From Macrostomum lignano (Eukaryota), in the NCBI GenBank assembly GCA_002269645.1, contig NIVC01000195.1, positions 62,001 through 126,000 on the forward strand: DNA of 64,000 nt. The letters are read 5' to 3'. A model generated the notes under the pieces. It saw nothing but the letters and a program-made list of their open reading frames with translations. It did not search any database and had not been told where the DNA came from. Below are positions 1-35,244 of the stretch, one piece after another. Numbering within the stretch: position 1 is the stretch's first letter; every line of letters starts with the position of its first letter. A program made the translations under genes and the position numbers.

Positions 1-1052
1 CTGGGTGTGCAGTGGAGTAGACTGGGTGTGCATTGGAGTAGGCTGGGTGTGCAGTGGAGTAGGCTGGGTGTGCAATGGAGTAGGCTGGGTGTGCAGTGGA
101 GTAGGCTGGGTGTGCAGTGATGTAGGCTGGGTGTGCAGTGGAGTAGACTGGGTGTGCAGTGGAGTAGACTGGGTGTGCAATGGAGTAGGCTGGGTGTGCA
201 TTGGAGTAGGCTGGGTGTGCAATGGAGTAGGCTAGGTGTGCATTGGAGTAGGCTGGGTGTGCAGTGGAGTAGGCTGGGTGTGCAGTGGAGTAGGCTGGGT
301 GTGCATTGGAGTAGGCTGGGTGTGCAGTGGAGTAGGCTGGGTGTGCAGTGGAGTAGGCTGGGTGTGCAGTGGAGTAGACTGGGTGTGCAGTGGAGTAGAC
401 TGGGTGTGCAATGGAGTAGGCTGGGTGTGCAGTGGAGTAGACTGGGTGTGCAATGGAGTAGGCTGGGTGTGCAGTGGAGTAGGCTGGGTGTGCAGTGGAG
501 TAGGCTGGGTGTGCAGTGATGTAGGCTGGGTGTGCAGTGATGTAGGCTGGTTGTGCAGTGGAGTAGGCTGGGTGTGCAATGGAGTAGGCTGGGTGTGCAG
601 TGATGTAGGCTGGGTGTGCAGTGATGTAGACTGGGTGTGCAGTGATGTAGGCTGGGTGTGCAGTGGAGTAGGCTGGGTGTGCAATGGAGTAGGCTGGGTG
701 TGCAGTGATGTAGGCTGGGTGTGCAGTGGAGTAGGCTGGGTGTGCATTGGAGTAGGCTAGGTGTGCAGTGGAGTAGACTGGGTGTGCAATGGAGTAGACT
801 GGGTGTGCAGTGGAGTAGACTGGGTGTGCATTGGAGTAGGCTAGGTGTGCAGTGGAGTAGACTGGGTGTGCAATGGAGTAGACTGGGTGTGCAGTGGAGT
901 AGGCCCAGTGGAGTAGACTGGGTGTGCAAAGGAGTAGGCTAGGTGTGCAGTGGAGTAGACTGGGTGTGCAGTGGAGTAGGCGCAGTGGAGTAGGCGCAGT
1001 GGAGTAGACTGGGTGTGCAGTGGAGTAGGCTGGGTGTGCAGTGGAGTAGACC
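1..1052. repeat. Minisatellite, 21-bp unit (CTGGGTGTGCAGTGGAGTAGG), runs off the window start
   Basis: Directly visible tandem array; explains ORFs 5..235, 133..519, 232..747, 236..760 and 721..942. Confidence 0.97.
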
Positions 1053-1638
1053 AGGGCAGAATTTTAATTTATTTTTTCCTTGTTAAAGAAAATGAAAGCA
1101 TTGAGAGGTGAAAAGTTTCGAGTTGCTGGTTCATGGGAGCGGTCACAATGTCACTAAAGCAGATATTTGACCTGCTGCTGGAGACAGTCCAGCTTGTATT
1201 TGCACTCAACAAAGTCTGGGCTTGTGTGAAGTCGCGATTTTGCTTTGACGCGAGACTCTCAAAATAAAACAAAAACAAAACAACAACTGAACTATTTACA
1301 GATTAAAAGAACACAGTTAGCTGAGCACAAAGTAACACAGTATAACATCGGCAAAGACAGATAGCACAGTTTGAGCCAGGCGAGTCTTTGTAGCTAATTG
1401 TGCGCAGTCTTTGTTCGGCAAGGCTTCTGAGCGGCACTAGAAATAGCTTTGCGCTTTAAAGCATGATTACTAGCGAACAACAGGCGACATGAAGAGTTAA
1501 ATCGGGGATTTTCTTAACCTAGATTTTTCTAAGAAAGCTCAACATCGATCTACTATACGAGCGATTCCAAGAAAGGTGAGACTTCGATGAGAACAGTTGT
1601 GCTGCCAACACAGGGCTACTGACCCCTGCTTGTGTGAT

Positions 1639-24987
<23,349 letters not shown>

Positions 24988-26309
24988 GGCTGATGGGGCT
25001 TTCCGGAGCTGTTGGAGAATGAGGAGTTTCAATTTAAAAATTCCTGTTTATTCAAAATTCAAGATTTTGATTTTTTGTAACTGAAAGTCAGTTAGAAAAT
25101 CTTAGAACCTCATTTTTATATCCTGTCTTTGTTAGATAGAATTATGGAATAATAATAATATGGAATAAAAGAATAAATGAAGTTCATTTTTCTTTTATAA
25201 TTTCTATAGAGCTGTTACAGTTATTTTATGTGATCGATTGAGGAATTTAATTTCTTATCTGTGTCAACTCTATCTTCTGTAGGTTCAAATAAATATTTCA
25301 ATTTTAATATAATTTAGCTATACACTAGAAATACACAATGCTTCAAAGTTATAGTATTACTATCTTATAAGATTTTTAAAATTCAAGTCGAGTGACTCTT
25401 TTAACTTTGAAATCTTATGCTTAACAAAACAATAAAACAGAATTAAAGTGTAAACACTTGAGAATATCAGGAGCCAATATTCATTTAGAATAATATTAGA
25501 ATGAATTCTGCTGTTGTAATCTCAAATGCTGGCATTATAGTCGTGACGACTAACCTATCTAAAATTTCTCTGATTGAAAAAATCAAAAGATATTTATGCA
25601 TATAGTGATAGAAGAGCTGTTTTAATGATAACAATGATGCGTGGACTCCCTAAGTCTAAGATTAAGAATAAATGAAGCTTTCAGTTAGAAACAAAAGATA
25701 GACTGGTTTAAAAATTACCGTTCAGTATTTCAACTTTTACGTAGGAAGTGACTGCAGAGAAGTAATTTGTAAATAAAGACTTGATATACGAACCAAGTTT
25801 ATAAAGATAAATTTGCCGAGCCTCGTGCTCGTGCTATGTTAAATATATAAAATATGATCGCTGGTGGGTAAGTTGAAATATAATGCAGCACTCAATTAAC
25901 TTCTGGATAAGTTGTAGAGATATTTCGTGCTTAACGTCAGCTTAATATATAAAGCCTTAAGGATAGCTTAAAAGTAATTTTTAATCAGTCAATGTTTTAA
26001 TTATTGTATGATTTTTGTTTAAAAAACTGTAAATAATCGCCCGGAGGATTCTATTACGGCCCTATCTGAATCCGTAGGCAAAATTCAATTTATGTTTAAG
26101 TTTTAATTTACAAAAACGAGCCAAGCAAAATGAACCAAGTAATCAATGAAACAAAACAACAGAGACAATTGGCGTTACTTTCGTAATAAGTAACTTGTCC
26201 AGATCGAATAGTCAATGAAGCTATTATAGATGACACCGCCAGACTGCATGAGGCCACGAAAACGCTGGAGAGTGTACCGGTATAATAGACAAGAGTCTAG
26301 CTCTTGTCT

Positions 26310-26363
26310 CAAGGACCACTGTATATAGCTATATATATTCATAGCTATATACAGTGGTCCTTG
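26310..26363. mobile_element. 54-bp palindromic P-like micro-element or excision footprint with 8-bp TSD
   Basis: 23-bp perfect arms CAAGGACCACTGTATATAGCTAT around an 8-nt spacer; TCTTGTCT at 26302-26309 and 26364-26371. Confidence 0.88.
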
Positions 26364-26559
26364 TCTTGTCTATTTTCGGGGCAGAAGATTTATAGTATTC
26401 CACACGAGCAAAAATTGTGTTGCGATACAAGAATATTACACTGCTGCGAATACTGCAACAGCTAGTCAATCACACGCCTTTGCTGACTTGTCTTTAGCTG
26501 TCCTAACTTATTTCACTTTTAAAGCAACCTCTTTTGCGTATACATGCAGGTACATGTAT

Positions 26560-26738
26560 CAGGGACTACTCAAACACCGGGACGGGAAACTAGGAATTTT
26601 TTACGAGGCTGGTCTTTTATCAGCAGTAGAAAATAACCATAGACAACAAAGTAACACAGCATCTCTCTAATGCAAATAATTGCCAGCCAGCCTCGTAAAA
26701 AATTTTAGTTTCCCGTCCCGGTGTTTGAGTAGTCCCTG
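26560..26738. mobile_element. 179-bp MITE with ~53-bp TIRs and 8-bp TSD (P-like termini; hAT not excluded)
   Basis: TIR CAGGGACTACTCAAACACCGGGACGGGAAACTA..TTTTTTACGAGGCTGG at both ends; ACATGTAT at 26552-26559 and 26739-26746. Confidence 0.9.
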
Positions 26739-27557
26739 ACATGTATTTACCGGTAAGAATGCTTGGACTTGGATGACTCGATCGCTTGAACACCCACTTT
26801 TGAGAATAAGAGAATTTGAGGGCTTGCCATGATACAGTCATACAGTACAGTAAATATACAATAAATACGCTTGCATATGCAGCCACATTAAGACACTACC
26901 TAAAGCATCAATTCCTACTACTATTCTAAAGTAAGTCCCTGCATGCACCTTCATGTGGAAATTTACAGATGGTTTTTTCCACTTTATGCCCAATATTTTA
27001 TCAGCTGTATGTTCCCGCAGTTAAAAATTGTTTTTTCGTCGGACAGACAAATTAAACTACATGTTATAACCGCATGTAATTAACTTGTAATTAAACGCAA
27101 AAGGGAACTACTATTATTTTACTGTCCTTTAGGGATATTCATAATGTGCTTCCGTGTGCAATGCGTAGAGGAAACTTCCACTTTCGGTCCATTGTTACCA
27201 AATGGGAGTTCGGTGTGCTAAATCACACATGTACACGCGCGCAGAAGCGCTTACGTACATGCAGCAAGGTATCAAATGAGTATATGCAGTTTTAAACAGT
27301 ATTGAGTTGTTCTGTCTCGCGAAAGCATTCTTGCGATGACGCACAGATCGAATCGTGAGTCGGTCATGGCACCTCGTTCTATTGGTTGATTCACTCCCGT
27401 ATCCTTGCTACTTAAGTTCATAATCTATTGATCAATATGCAGCTCGTATGAAAGCTACCGCGGATCTTTTGAGCTCACAATATTTTATCTGATCTGCATC
27501 AGAGGTGGTCAACACAAAAAGTACAAGTAACAAAAGTAAACTTGGATCACAGAAATC

Positions 27558-28499
27558 ATGGCCGAGAGCGACATTTTCGACATTCTGAACTGCATCAGCA
27601 AGGCGATCTTGGAAATCAAGCCGCTGCGAGACACCAGACCGGAGCTCGGCCGCGCTATCGAAGAGGTCAAAAAGCACGCGGATGTGGTGGAGAAATTCAG
27701 CCTGCCGAAGGGTGAGCAGCTCGATGACTTGAAGCTTTCGAGCAAAGAAAGGAGTTATTGGAAGGCGCGCATCTTGAAGCTGACAGATGCGCTGACTCCG
27801 TTGCTGAGCTCGCTGCAGTTGGAACTGTGCACAGCCCGCGACACCAGCTGCGAGCTCGAGCGCTGGCTTCGTAGCTCCGACACAGCAATCCAAGAATTCG
27901 ACGGCTTTGTTAATAAAATCAAAGCCGGTTCCTCGTCGGTACCACGACAGGTCGTAGAGAACTTGTGCGCCTTCCTGCGGCAGTTTGAGCAGATGGGGGA
28001 AGCCTTCTCCAGCACATTCGAGGCGTTCAACAGTCAGCTGAGCAGGGCGCAGCAGCTGACTGAGCAGCTTCAAGCCGAAATGGACCGGCAGTCGATCGAA
28101 ATAAGCAGAAAAGCGGGCAGAGACATGTGGCTTCGAGTGGTCAAAGCGCTGGGCTGGACGGTGGGCTCTGCCGGTGTCGTGATGCTCGGCTTTTACTACG
28201 GCGATCAGACCTTTGACATGGCCGCTTCGATGTTTAAAAAAGCCATTAAAAATGTAAAACAGGCGAACGGAATCCGGAAGACAAAGCGAGCGCTGCCCCG
28301 CCAGATCCAGCAGAACTGCGACAAAGCCCTTTCCCGCGACCTGACGGTCAGCTGTGACCGAGCCGCCAGCATCCAGTGGAGTCCGCAGTTCACGGAGATA
28401 CTGAAATGCCTGGACGTCATCATCACCACCAGAGCCAGTGAGGAGAGGATCGCTCAGCTGCAGAAGCGACTTCGGGACCTTGGCATTGAGGATGACTAG
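27558..28499 (+). CDS. Intronless 313-aa alpha-helical/coiled-coil protein with a central hydrophobic segment; unknown family, paralogue A
   Basis: Open GC-rich ORF in AT-rich DNA; hydrophobic WLRVVKALGWTVGSAGVVMLGFYY; aligns by eye with the ORF at 34396-35244. Confidence 0.75.
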   Translation: MAESDIFDILNCISKAILEIKPLRDTRPELGRAIEEVKKHADVVEKFSLPKGEQLDDLKLSSKERSYWKARILKLTDALTPLLSSLQLELCTARDTSCELERWLRSSDTAIQEFDGFVNKIKAGSSSVPRQVVENLCAFLRQFEQMGEAFSSTFEAFNSQLSRAQQLTEQLQAEMDRQSIEISRKAGRDMWLRVVKALGWTVGSAGVVMLGFYYGDQTFDMAASMFKKAIKNVKQANGIRKTKRALPRQIQQNCDKALSRDLTVSCDRAASIQWSPQFTEILKCLDVIITTRASEERIAQLQKRLRDLGIEDD

Positions 28500-28799
28500 C
28501 AGATGATGATGTTGGATCGGACTCGTTTCAGCTTCCTCTGCAACCATGGTGACTAGCAATATATAACTGACATCTTCCCTGGTTCAATTCATGCCTAAAA
28601 TCAACCCGGAACGTTTTAAGGACAAATTTGTTCCTCTTCTGATGGCTGAATTTCTTATGAACTCTTGTCGATTGGTTTGTGAGTTCAAAGTTTGTGAGTT
28701 GGCTCGTACTTAGGATTATTAATTAACCAGCTTTCGAATTGGCTTCAAATATATTTGCCTAATACACTAAAGAAGCACAATTTTTCACACCCTCTTTAC

Positions 28800-30044
28800 A
28801 CTGACTGACTTGAGTGAGTGGGTGACTGATTGACTGACTTGAGTGAGTGGGTGACTGATTGACTGACTTGAGTGAGTGGGTGACTGACTGACTGACTTGA
28901 GTGAGTGGGTGACTGATTGACTGACTTGAGTGAGTGGGTGACTGACTGACTGACTTGAGTGAGTGGGTGACTGACTGACTGACTTGAGTAAGTGGGTGAC
29001 TGACTGACTGACTTGAATGAGTGGGTGACTGACTGACTGACTTGAGTGAGTGGGTGACTGATTGACTGACTTGAGTGAGTGGGTGACTGACTGACTTGAG
29101 TGAGTGGGTGACTGACTGACTGACTTGAGTGAGTGGGTGACTGACTGACTGACTTGAGTGAGTGGGTGACTGATTGACTGACTTGAGTGAGTGGGTGACT
29201 GACTGACTGACTTGAGTGAGTGGGTGACTGATTGACTGACTTGAGTGAGTGGGTGACTGACTGACTGACTTGAGTGAGTGGGTGACTGACTGACTGACTT
29301 GAGTGAGTGGGTGACTGACTGACTGACTTGAATGAGTGGGTGACTGACTGACTGACTTGAGTGAGTGGGTGACTGATTGACTGACTTGAGTGAGTGGGTG
29401 ACTGACTGACTGACTTGAGTGAGTGGGTGACTGATTGACTGACTTGAGTGAGTGGGTGACTGACTGACTGACTTGAGTGAGTGGGTGACTGATTGACTGA
29501 CTTGAGTGAGTGGGTGACTGACTGACTGACTTGAGTGAGTGGGTGACTGACTGACTGACTTGAGTGAGTGGGTGACTGACTGACTGACTTGAATGAGTGG
29601 GTGACTGACTGACTGACTTGAGTGAGTGGGTGACTGATTGACTGACTTGAGTGAGTGGGTGACTGACTGACTTGAGTGAGTGGGTGACTGATTGACTGAC
29701 TTGAGTGAGTGGGTGACTGACTGACTTGAGTGAGTGGGTGACTGACTGACTTGAGTGAGTGGGTGACTGACTGACTGACTTGAGTGAGTGGGTGACTGAC
29801 TGACTGACTTAAGTGAGTGGGTGACTGACTGACTGACTTGAGTGAGTGGGTGACTGACTGACTGACTTGAGTGAGTGGGTGACTGACTGACTGACTTGAG
29901 TGAGTGGGTGACTGACTGACTGACTTGAGTGAGTGGGTGACTGACTGACTGACTTGAGTGAGTGGGTGACTGACTGACTGACTTGAGTGAGTGGGTGACT
30001 GACTGACTGACTGAATGACTGACAGACTGACAGACTGACTGGCA

Positions 30045-30075
<31 letters not shown>
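28800..30075. repeat. Minisatellite, 25/29-bp unit (GACTGACTGACTTGAGTGAGTGGGT)
   Basis: Directly visible. Confidence 0.96.
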
Positions 30076-30119
30076 TTAAGCATGTGCTTAAGGTTCTCCA
30101 ATGAGGTTCTCCAATTGAA

Positions 30120-30130
30120 CCTCACTGACT

Positions 30131-30161
<31 letters not shown>

Positions 30162-30166
30162 AGACT

Positions 30167-30200
<34 letters not shown>

Positions 30201-30230
30201 GAGACTGACTGACAGACTGACTGACTGAGA

Positions 30231-30265
<35 letters not shown>

Positions 30266-30382
30266 TGACTGACTGACTGACTGACTGACTGACTGACTGA
30301 CTGACTGACTGACTGACTGACTGACTGACTGACTGACTGACTGACTGACTGACTGACTGACTGACTGACTGACTGACTGACT

Positions 30383-30425
<43 letters not shown>

Positions 30426-30582
30426 TGACTGACTGACTGACTGACTGACTGACTGACTGACTGACTGACTGACTGACTGACTGACTGACTGACTGACTGA
30501 CTGACTGACTGACTGACTGACTGACTGACTGACTGACTGACTGACTGACTGACTGACTGACTGACTGACTGACTGACTGACT

Positions 30583-30625
<43 letters not shown>

Positions 30626-30640
30626 TGACTGACTGACTGA
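30120..30640. repeat. (GACT)n microsatellite
   Basis: Directly visible. Confidence 0.97.
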
Positions 30641-30798
30641 CTTAAAACCATTGGCATTTAAGCAACATGGATTGAAGCAACATAAATTAAACGACTGGGA
30701 TTAAAACAAGGGGGATTTTTGGGATTAAAGCAGCAGAATTAAAGCAACTGAGATTATCAATAGCTTTCATAGTTCAGAGTCCAGTTTTCACCAGAAGT

Positions 30799-31818
30799 TC
30801 AGCGCACCAGACCGAAGAAGCTGCGGATCTCAGCCTCGGTCATTGAGTCGTTCATGACAGCCACTGCCTGCACCGTGCCGTTCAGCATTCGCGAGTCGCC
30901 ACGTTGAAATCCGAGTCTCAGACTGGTGCAGTTGGGAATAACCGATGCAGTATATGAGCCAATCACAGTCCCCTTTTCCGGCGGCACGAAGCCTCCGTTG
31001 GAGAAGAAAGTTCGGCTCGAGACTGACGCCGACGTCAGGCCGACTTCCACGGATGAATTCGCGTCAAAAAAGTTTGTTTCCAGTGCGGTTTGGTAAGAAG
31101 AATAACTCGAAGCGATCCTGACGCCGAACAGGCCTCTTGAAGCTCCGTCCCAGAAGGCGGCTCCAAAGCCACTCCAAGCGGTGCAGTCGTAGCTCTCAAG
31201 AATTGGTGCATCCCCGATCTCCCGCTTGAGCCTGACCAGCCACGTGAGTCCCTGCTGCAGGTTTGCGAACTCCACGTTCTCCAGCCACATCTTGGACGAC
31301 ACTCCGTCGAGCTTGGCTCCCTCGCTGCTCCACTCCACATTCTCCGACATCCACTGCTGCGTCTGGCCGCACACCAAGTTGCTCCTGCTGGCGTCCGCAT
31401 CGTCGCTCATCACCAAGGCGGCCCTCAGCTTCGAGACCACACCCATCACTGCTCAAAGTGATGAAGAACGCAGCTCTGTCATTGGCGAATGCGGCACAGC
31501 GGCGGGGCTGCGAGCTCTCCGCAGCAGCGAGTCCATCGATCAGGTGGCACACTGCGGTGAATTGGAAGAGCGATCAGCAGTCGCGGCTGTACGAGGTCGA
31601 ACTGGGCCACCTGCAGGCCGCTCGAGCCAGCCTCCATGAGGCACTCGCTGATTCCTTTCGGAGTCTGGGCCGCCCGCACTGTCAGATTCTCAGGCAGGCA
31701 CTGCGGGCTGCTCAGGCGGTGCCAGGAGCCCGGCAGGCTCTCGCAGAGGACCAGCTGGGCCAGATAGGCCGCTGCGGGGCAGAACGGAGACTGGAGTAGC
31801 GATGAAGCTGGTTGCCAT
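30799..31818 (-). pseudogene. Disrupted gene for a probably secreted protein: Cys-containing (PAN-like?) N-terminus plus LamG/pentraxin-like domain
   Basis: ORF 30799-31449 has the LamG_3 pattern (LDGVSS...TWLVRLK...LRLG...LNGTVQAVAVMNDSMTEAEIR). Upstream coding-like sequence from ATG 31818 is split over frames, with an in-frame TGA at 31574-31576. Confidence 0.5.
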
Positions 31819-32104
31819 GCTGGCTGCAGTGCGATATTGCGGATGCAAGAGCTGGGAGGGAGGCAGTCGGCAAAAATCTTGCATGTAGTAAAATTTATCC
31901 TGCTCCCGTTGTTGAGCTCAATCGCCCCTACCAGCAGCTGTCCAAGCCATCAGACCCACCTTAGAAACTATCAAATGTCAACTTAAAATGCATAAAACTT
32001 ACCATAGAACTTTAGGAAAGTTTCTAGAATGCCTCAGCTGCTTTATTTAAATGAAGCAGACTCAAATAAGATTACAAAAAGTTTCTCAAACTAAAGGCCT
32101 CAGC

Positions 32105-33599
32105 ATGGACGTGAAGCTACGGGCGCAGTCGCTGATCGAGTTCGGCCTGCCGCGCAACTGGATTGCCCTGGTCGTCGAGCGCTTCGCCCAGGGCGGCATC
32201 ACCAGCCTCACCAGCAACGAGCTGTACATGATCGTCAAGCGGGTTTGCAACATCCTCCGGACCGAGGCCTCCGTGATTGACGTACGAGGCGACTGCCGGG
32301 TGGTCGGCAACCTGCACGGCAGCATTGAGAGCCTGCAGGCGATCTTCCGCACCTACGGCTGGCCAAGCGACGTCTGCTACGTGTTCCTCGGCGACTACCT
32401 TGCCACGATCGACGACAAGATCCAGACGAACGTCTTCGTTCTGCTGCTCATTTTCAAGGTGGTCTACCCGAAGCACATCCTGCTGCTGCGGGGCGCCAGC
32501 GAGTGCGAGCACTGCGCCGCGGACATGGGGCTGCTGGACCTGCGTGAGTTGTGAAGCACCTGCCTGGGCTGTGTCAGGGGGAACAGGACTTAATATCCCC
32601 TATGTATCCGGAATTCAATTTGATGTGGTATGCTGATGCACCTTATGATACTGCTACGAGCGTACTTAGTAAGAAGCATATTGTGTGGGAATGCACCGAA
32701 AAACCATGATTATTCGACTCTAAGGGCGCACTGCTTTTTTATTGCTGTGTTTCAAGCGGGACCAAATTTACATTTGTAGCTCGTAGAATTCATGAGAAAT
32801 TTTTCTACGAACTTGCTACCAATGCCTCCGCAGTGACAACTTCATTCACGGCCTCCCTGTACCGCGAGTTCAAGTCCGTCTTCAAGTACCTGCCGCTTGC
32901 CGCCCGAGCAAACGGCGTTCACCTGATGTGCAACGCGTCTCTCAGCCTGAAGCGAGGCAACCTGCTGGACCTGGAGCAGGTGGTCCGGCCCTGCACCATC
33001 TGCCACCGGGACGGCATCATGCGCCTGCTGGCCAGGCAGCCGTCTCGACTAGGTGACCACACGCTGCAGGCCGACCCGCTTGAGGACTTCGACGAGGGCG
33101 AGACCGAAGGTTTTTGAGTCTTTAGAGACAACTGTTTGAGTTATTATTGAGGGGGACTCAGAAAAAATCTCAAGTTCTTTCTCATTCTACGCACTCACCG
33201 CGTCCAGCAACCAGCAGCAACCAGCAGCCAACAGGATCAGCGTAACAGGGCGCCAACATAGGGAGGGCTTAACTAGGGAACATCTGTTTCAGTAGGAATC
33301 GAAGTTGCTCGCATCCTTTCTCCGCAGATGTCTGCGAGGCCATCAGCTTTATGAAGCGCAGCAACATGAAGATCTGCGTCCGGAACGAGGGCATCGAACA
33401 GTCGCTGGCGGGCGGCTACAACGTCGAGGGCAGGCAGTGCAACGTGATCTCGATTGCGTCCGCCTCGAACATCCGCGGTCAGCCGTGCCAGGGCGTTGTG
33501 CTGGCCGTGCACCGCAACTGCGCCTCCACGCTGCACCCGACTGATCCGAAGGCGGCCAAGCCGGATGTTCGGCTGATCATGTACTGCCCTAATAAGTAG
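32105..33599 (+). CDS. PP1-like (PPP family) Ser/Thr pseudophosphatase, 3 exons
   Basis: Phase-consistent exons 32105(or 32051)-32543, 32834-33109, 33328-33599, collinear with the PP1 fold. Motifs read GNLHG, GDYLATI, LRGASE, MCNAS, VRNEG, SASNI. Confidence 0.85.
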
Positions 33600-34395
33600 C
33601 TGAACCTGCAGTAGCCTCAGGTGCTGATTATTTGCCACTGTTGGATCCCCGATCTGACCTTTCCTGTCCTGTTTGATTACATATAAATCCCACTTTTGCG
33701 TCAGTATGATTCATATGAATGTGGCTGATTCAGACTGCCCCTTTCATACTAGATAGAAACTTATCGTCTTGATTAATATTAAAAAGCATTAACTATATAG
33801 TTGTAAATACAATCTGACTAACGACCATCACAATAATAATAAAGTCCTGCGGATCCCTAGGTTCATATACAGGTAAAATGACGACAAATTAATCGTCTTC
33901 TCTTTTTTACACAAGCAATGATTTGCAGATGTACAAAATCTAAAAGTTATATTGTAAATTCTTTCGAATATTGAAAGCATGATAGTCTTAGAGTTAGCGG
34001 ACACCAACGTCAACCAGCAGACATTTAAAAAATCATTTAATTTGTGGATACATTTGCAAATACAAAGTTGGCCGAAAGTCAGCGTTGATTCCGGTATTCT
34101 TGAAAATGAGACAAGTAAAACCACCATAGCCTAATGCCACCATAAGCAACCATTTCGATCTTATCGGCCTTACGAAAGCCGGAACAGTTACAAGGAACCA
34201 CGTCGAGCACAATGCGCTGAGCTTGGTAATGGCAAGTACACTTGCACGTACAATGACAGGGAACTAAATTGTGCAGACATGTGCTTCGAATTAGGAACTC
34301 AGCGAATGATTATTAAAAGCCCAAGCAACTTGTTGCAGTAGAGGTCTTGTAGCTGCAGAGCAGAGCAATCGAGCAAAATTAAGCCAATTTACTAA

Positions 34396-35244
34396 TTCAA
34401 AGTAATAAGCAATAGCTGCACTCAGATCGATGCACTCAGGAAACTTCAGCAGCATGAGGATGAGGAGTTCAAGGCAAGGCTGATCAAGACTAATGTGTTA
34501 CCAAGACTAAAACTACTGATGGAGAGTCTGCGCGAGGTGAGCGACTCCGGGTACGAGCTGGTGGGGTGGCTCAACACATTTGACAAAGATTTCGAAGCGT
34601 TTTTTAAATCCGTGATGGGAGACATCTATTCCAGCAGCACCACACCTGAGTACATTGAGGCCACTAAGAAATGGTGCAATTTCCTGACTGACTATACGGA
34701 AATGGCTGTCGATTATTCCACGGAATTCAACAAATTTTTCGGCCAGTTGGGCGCTGCGCATCAGCTGGCAGAGAGTCTGGACTGCGATTTTGAGGAGATA
34801 GCTGAGGACATTCGTCGGTGTGCAAAGAAAAAGAAATGCATATTGTGGGCTATGCGAGCTGGTCTTGCCGTGGTGACCGTTGGTGCCGTCATTGCCGGCT
34901 ACTTCCGCCCGGAAATCCTTCCCACAGCCGGTGCTTCTATCGCCAAGTTTGTGTACTCGACGTACAGGTACACCACAGATCAGGCTGAGAGCGCGGCTAG
35001 GTGCGAGCGGGTGGCAGGTGAGATCAGAGCCACCATCAAAGATTCTGCAATCTGCGTGAGGAGAAGCTGCGACGCATTTGATGGAAACGACTGGATCGCG
35101 CAGATAGTGGCAAAACTGGTGGAGTCGCTCGAGACTTTCACCGGTATTAGAAGGCGACTCGTGGCTGAGTGGCATGGGTTCAACTCGATGGCTGATTTTG
35201 AGGAGCTTCCCACCCAGGCCATCTCGCGATGCACTTTTTTGTGA
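34396..35244 (+). CDS. Intronless alpha-helical protein with a central hydrophobic segment; paralogue B (5' end unresolved)
   Basis: Frame is open from 34396, upstream of the tracked GTG, and includes FKARLIK matching WKARILK of paralogue A; no in-frame ATG before the homologous region. Confidence 0.65.
   Translation, partial: FKVISNSCTQIDALRKLQQHEDEEFKARLIKTNVLPRLKLLMESLREVSDSGYELVGWLNTFDKDFEAFFKSVMGDIYSSSTTPEYIEATKKWCNFLTDYTEMAVDYSTEFNKFFGQLGAAHQLAESLDCDFEEIAEDIRRCAKKKKCILWAMRAGLAVVTVGAVIAGYFRPEILPTAGASIAKFVYSTYRYTTDQAESAARCERVAGEIRATIKDSAICVRRSCDAFDGNDWIAQIVAKLVESLETFTGIRRRLVAEWHGFNSMADFEELPTQAISRCTFL

Noticed and set aside
5-942. Long ORFs in tandem repeats here and at 11121-12117, 12396-13368, 17021-17926, 20230-21488, 22449-23009, 28785-30657, 55338-56579 and 57222-58067
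   Set aside because: They are translations of stop-free minisatellites, open in several frames, and mostly lie in introns defined by flanking exons.
31574-31576. Selenocysteine TGA in the LamG-like gene
   Set aside because: It is accompanied by several frameshifts and no SECIS was recognised; decay is more parsimonious.
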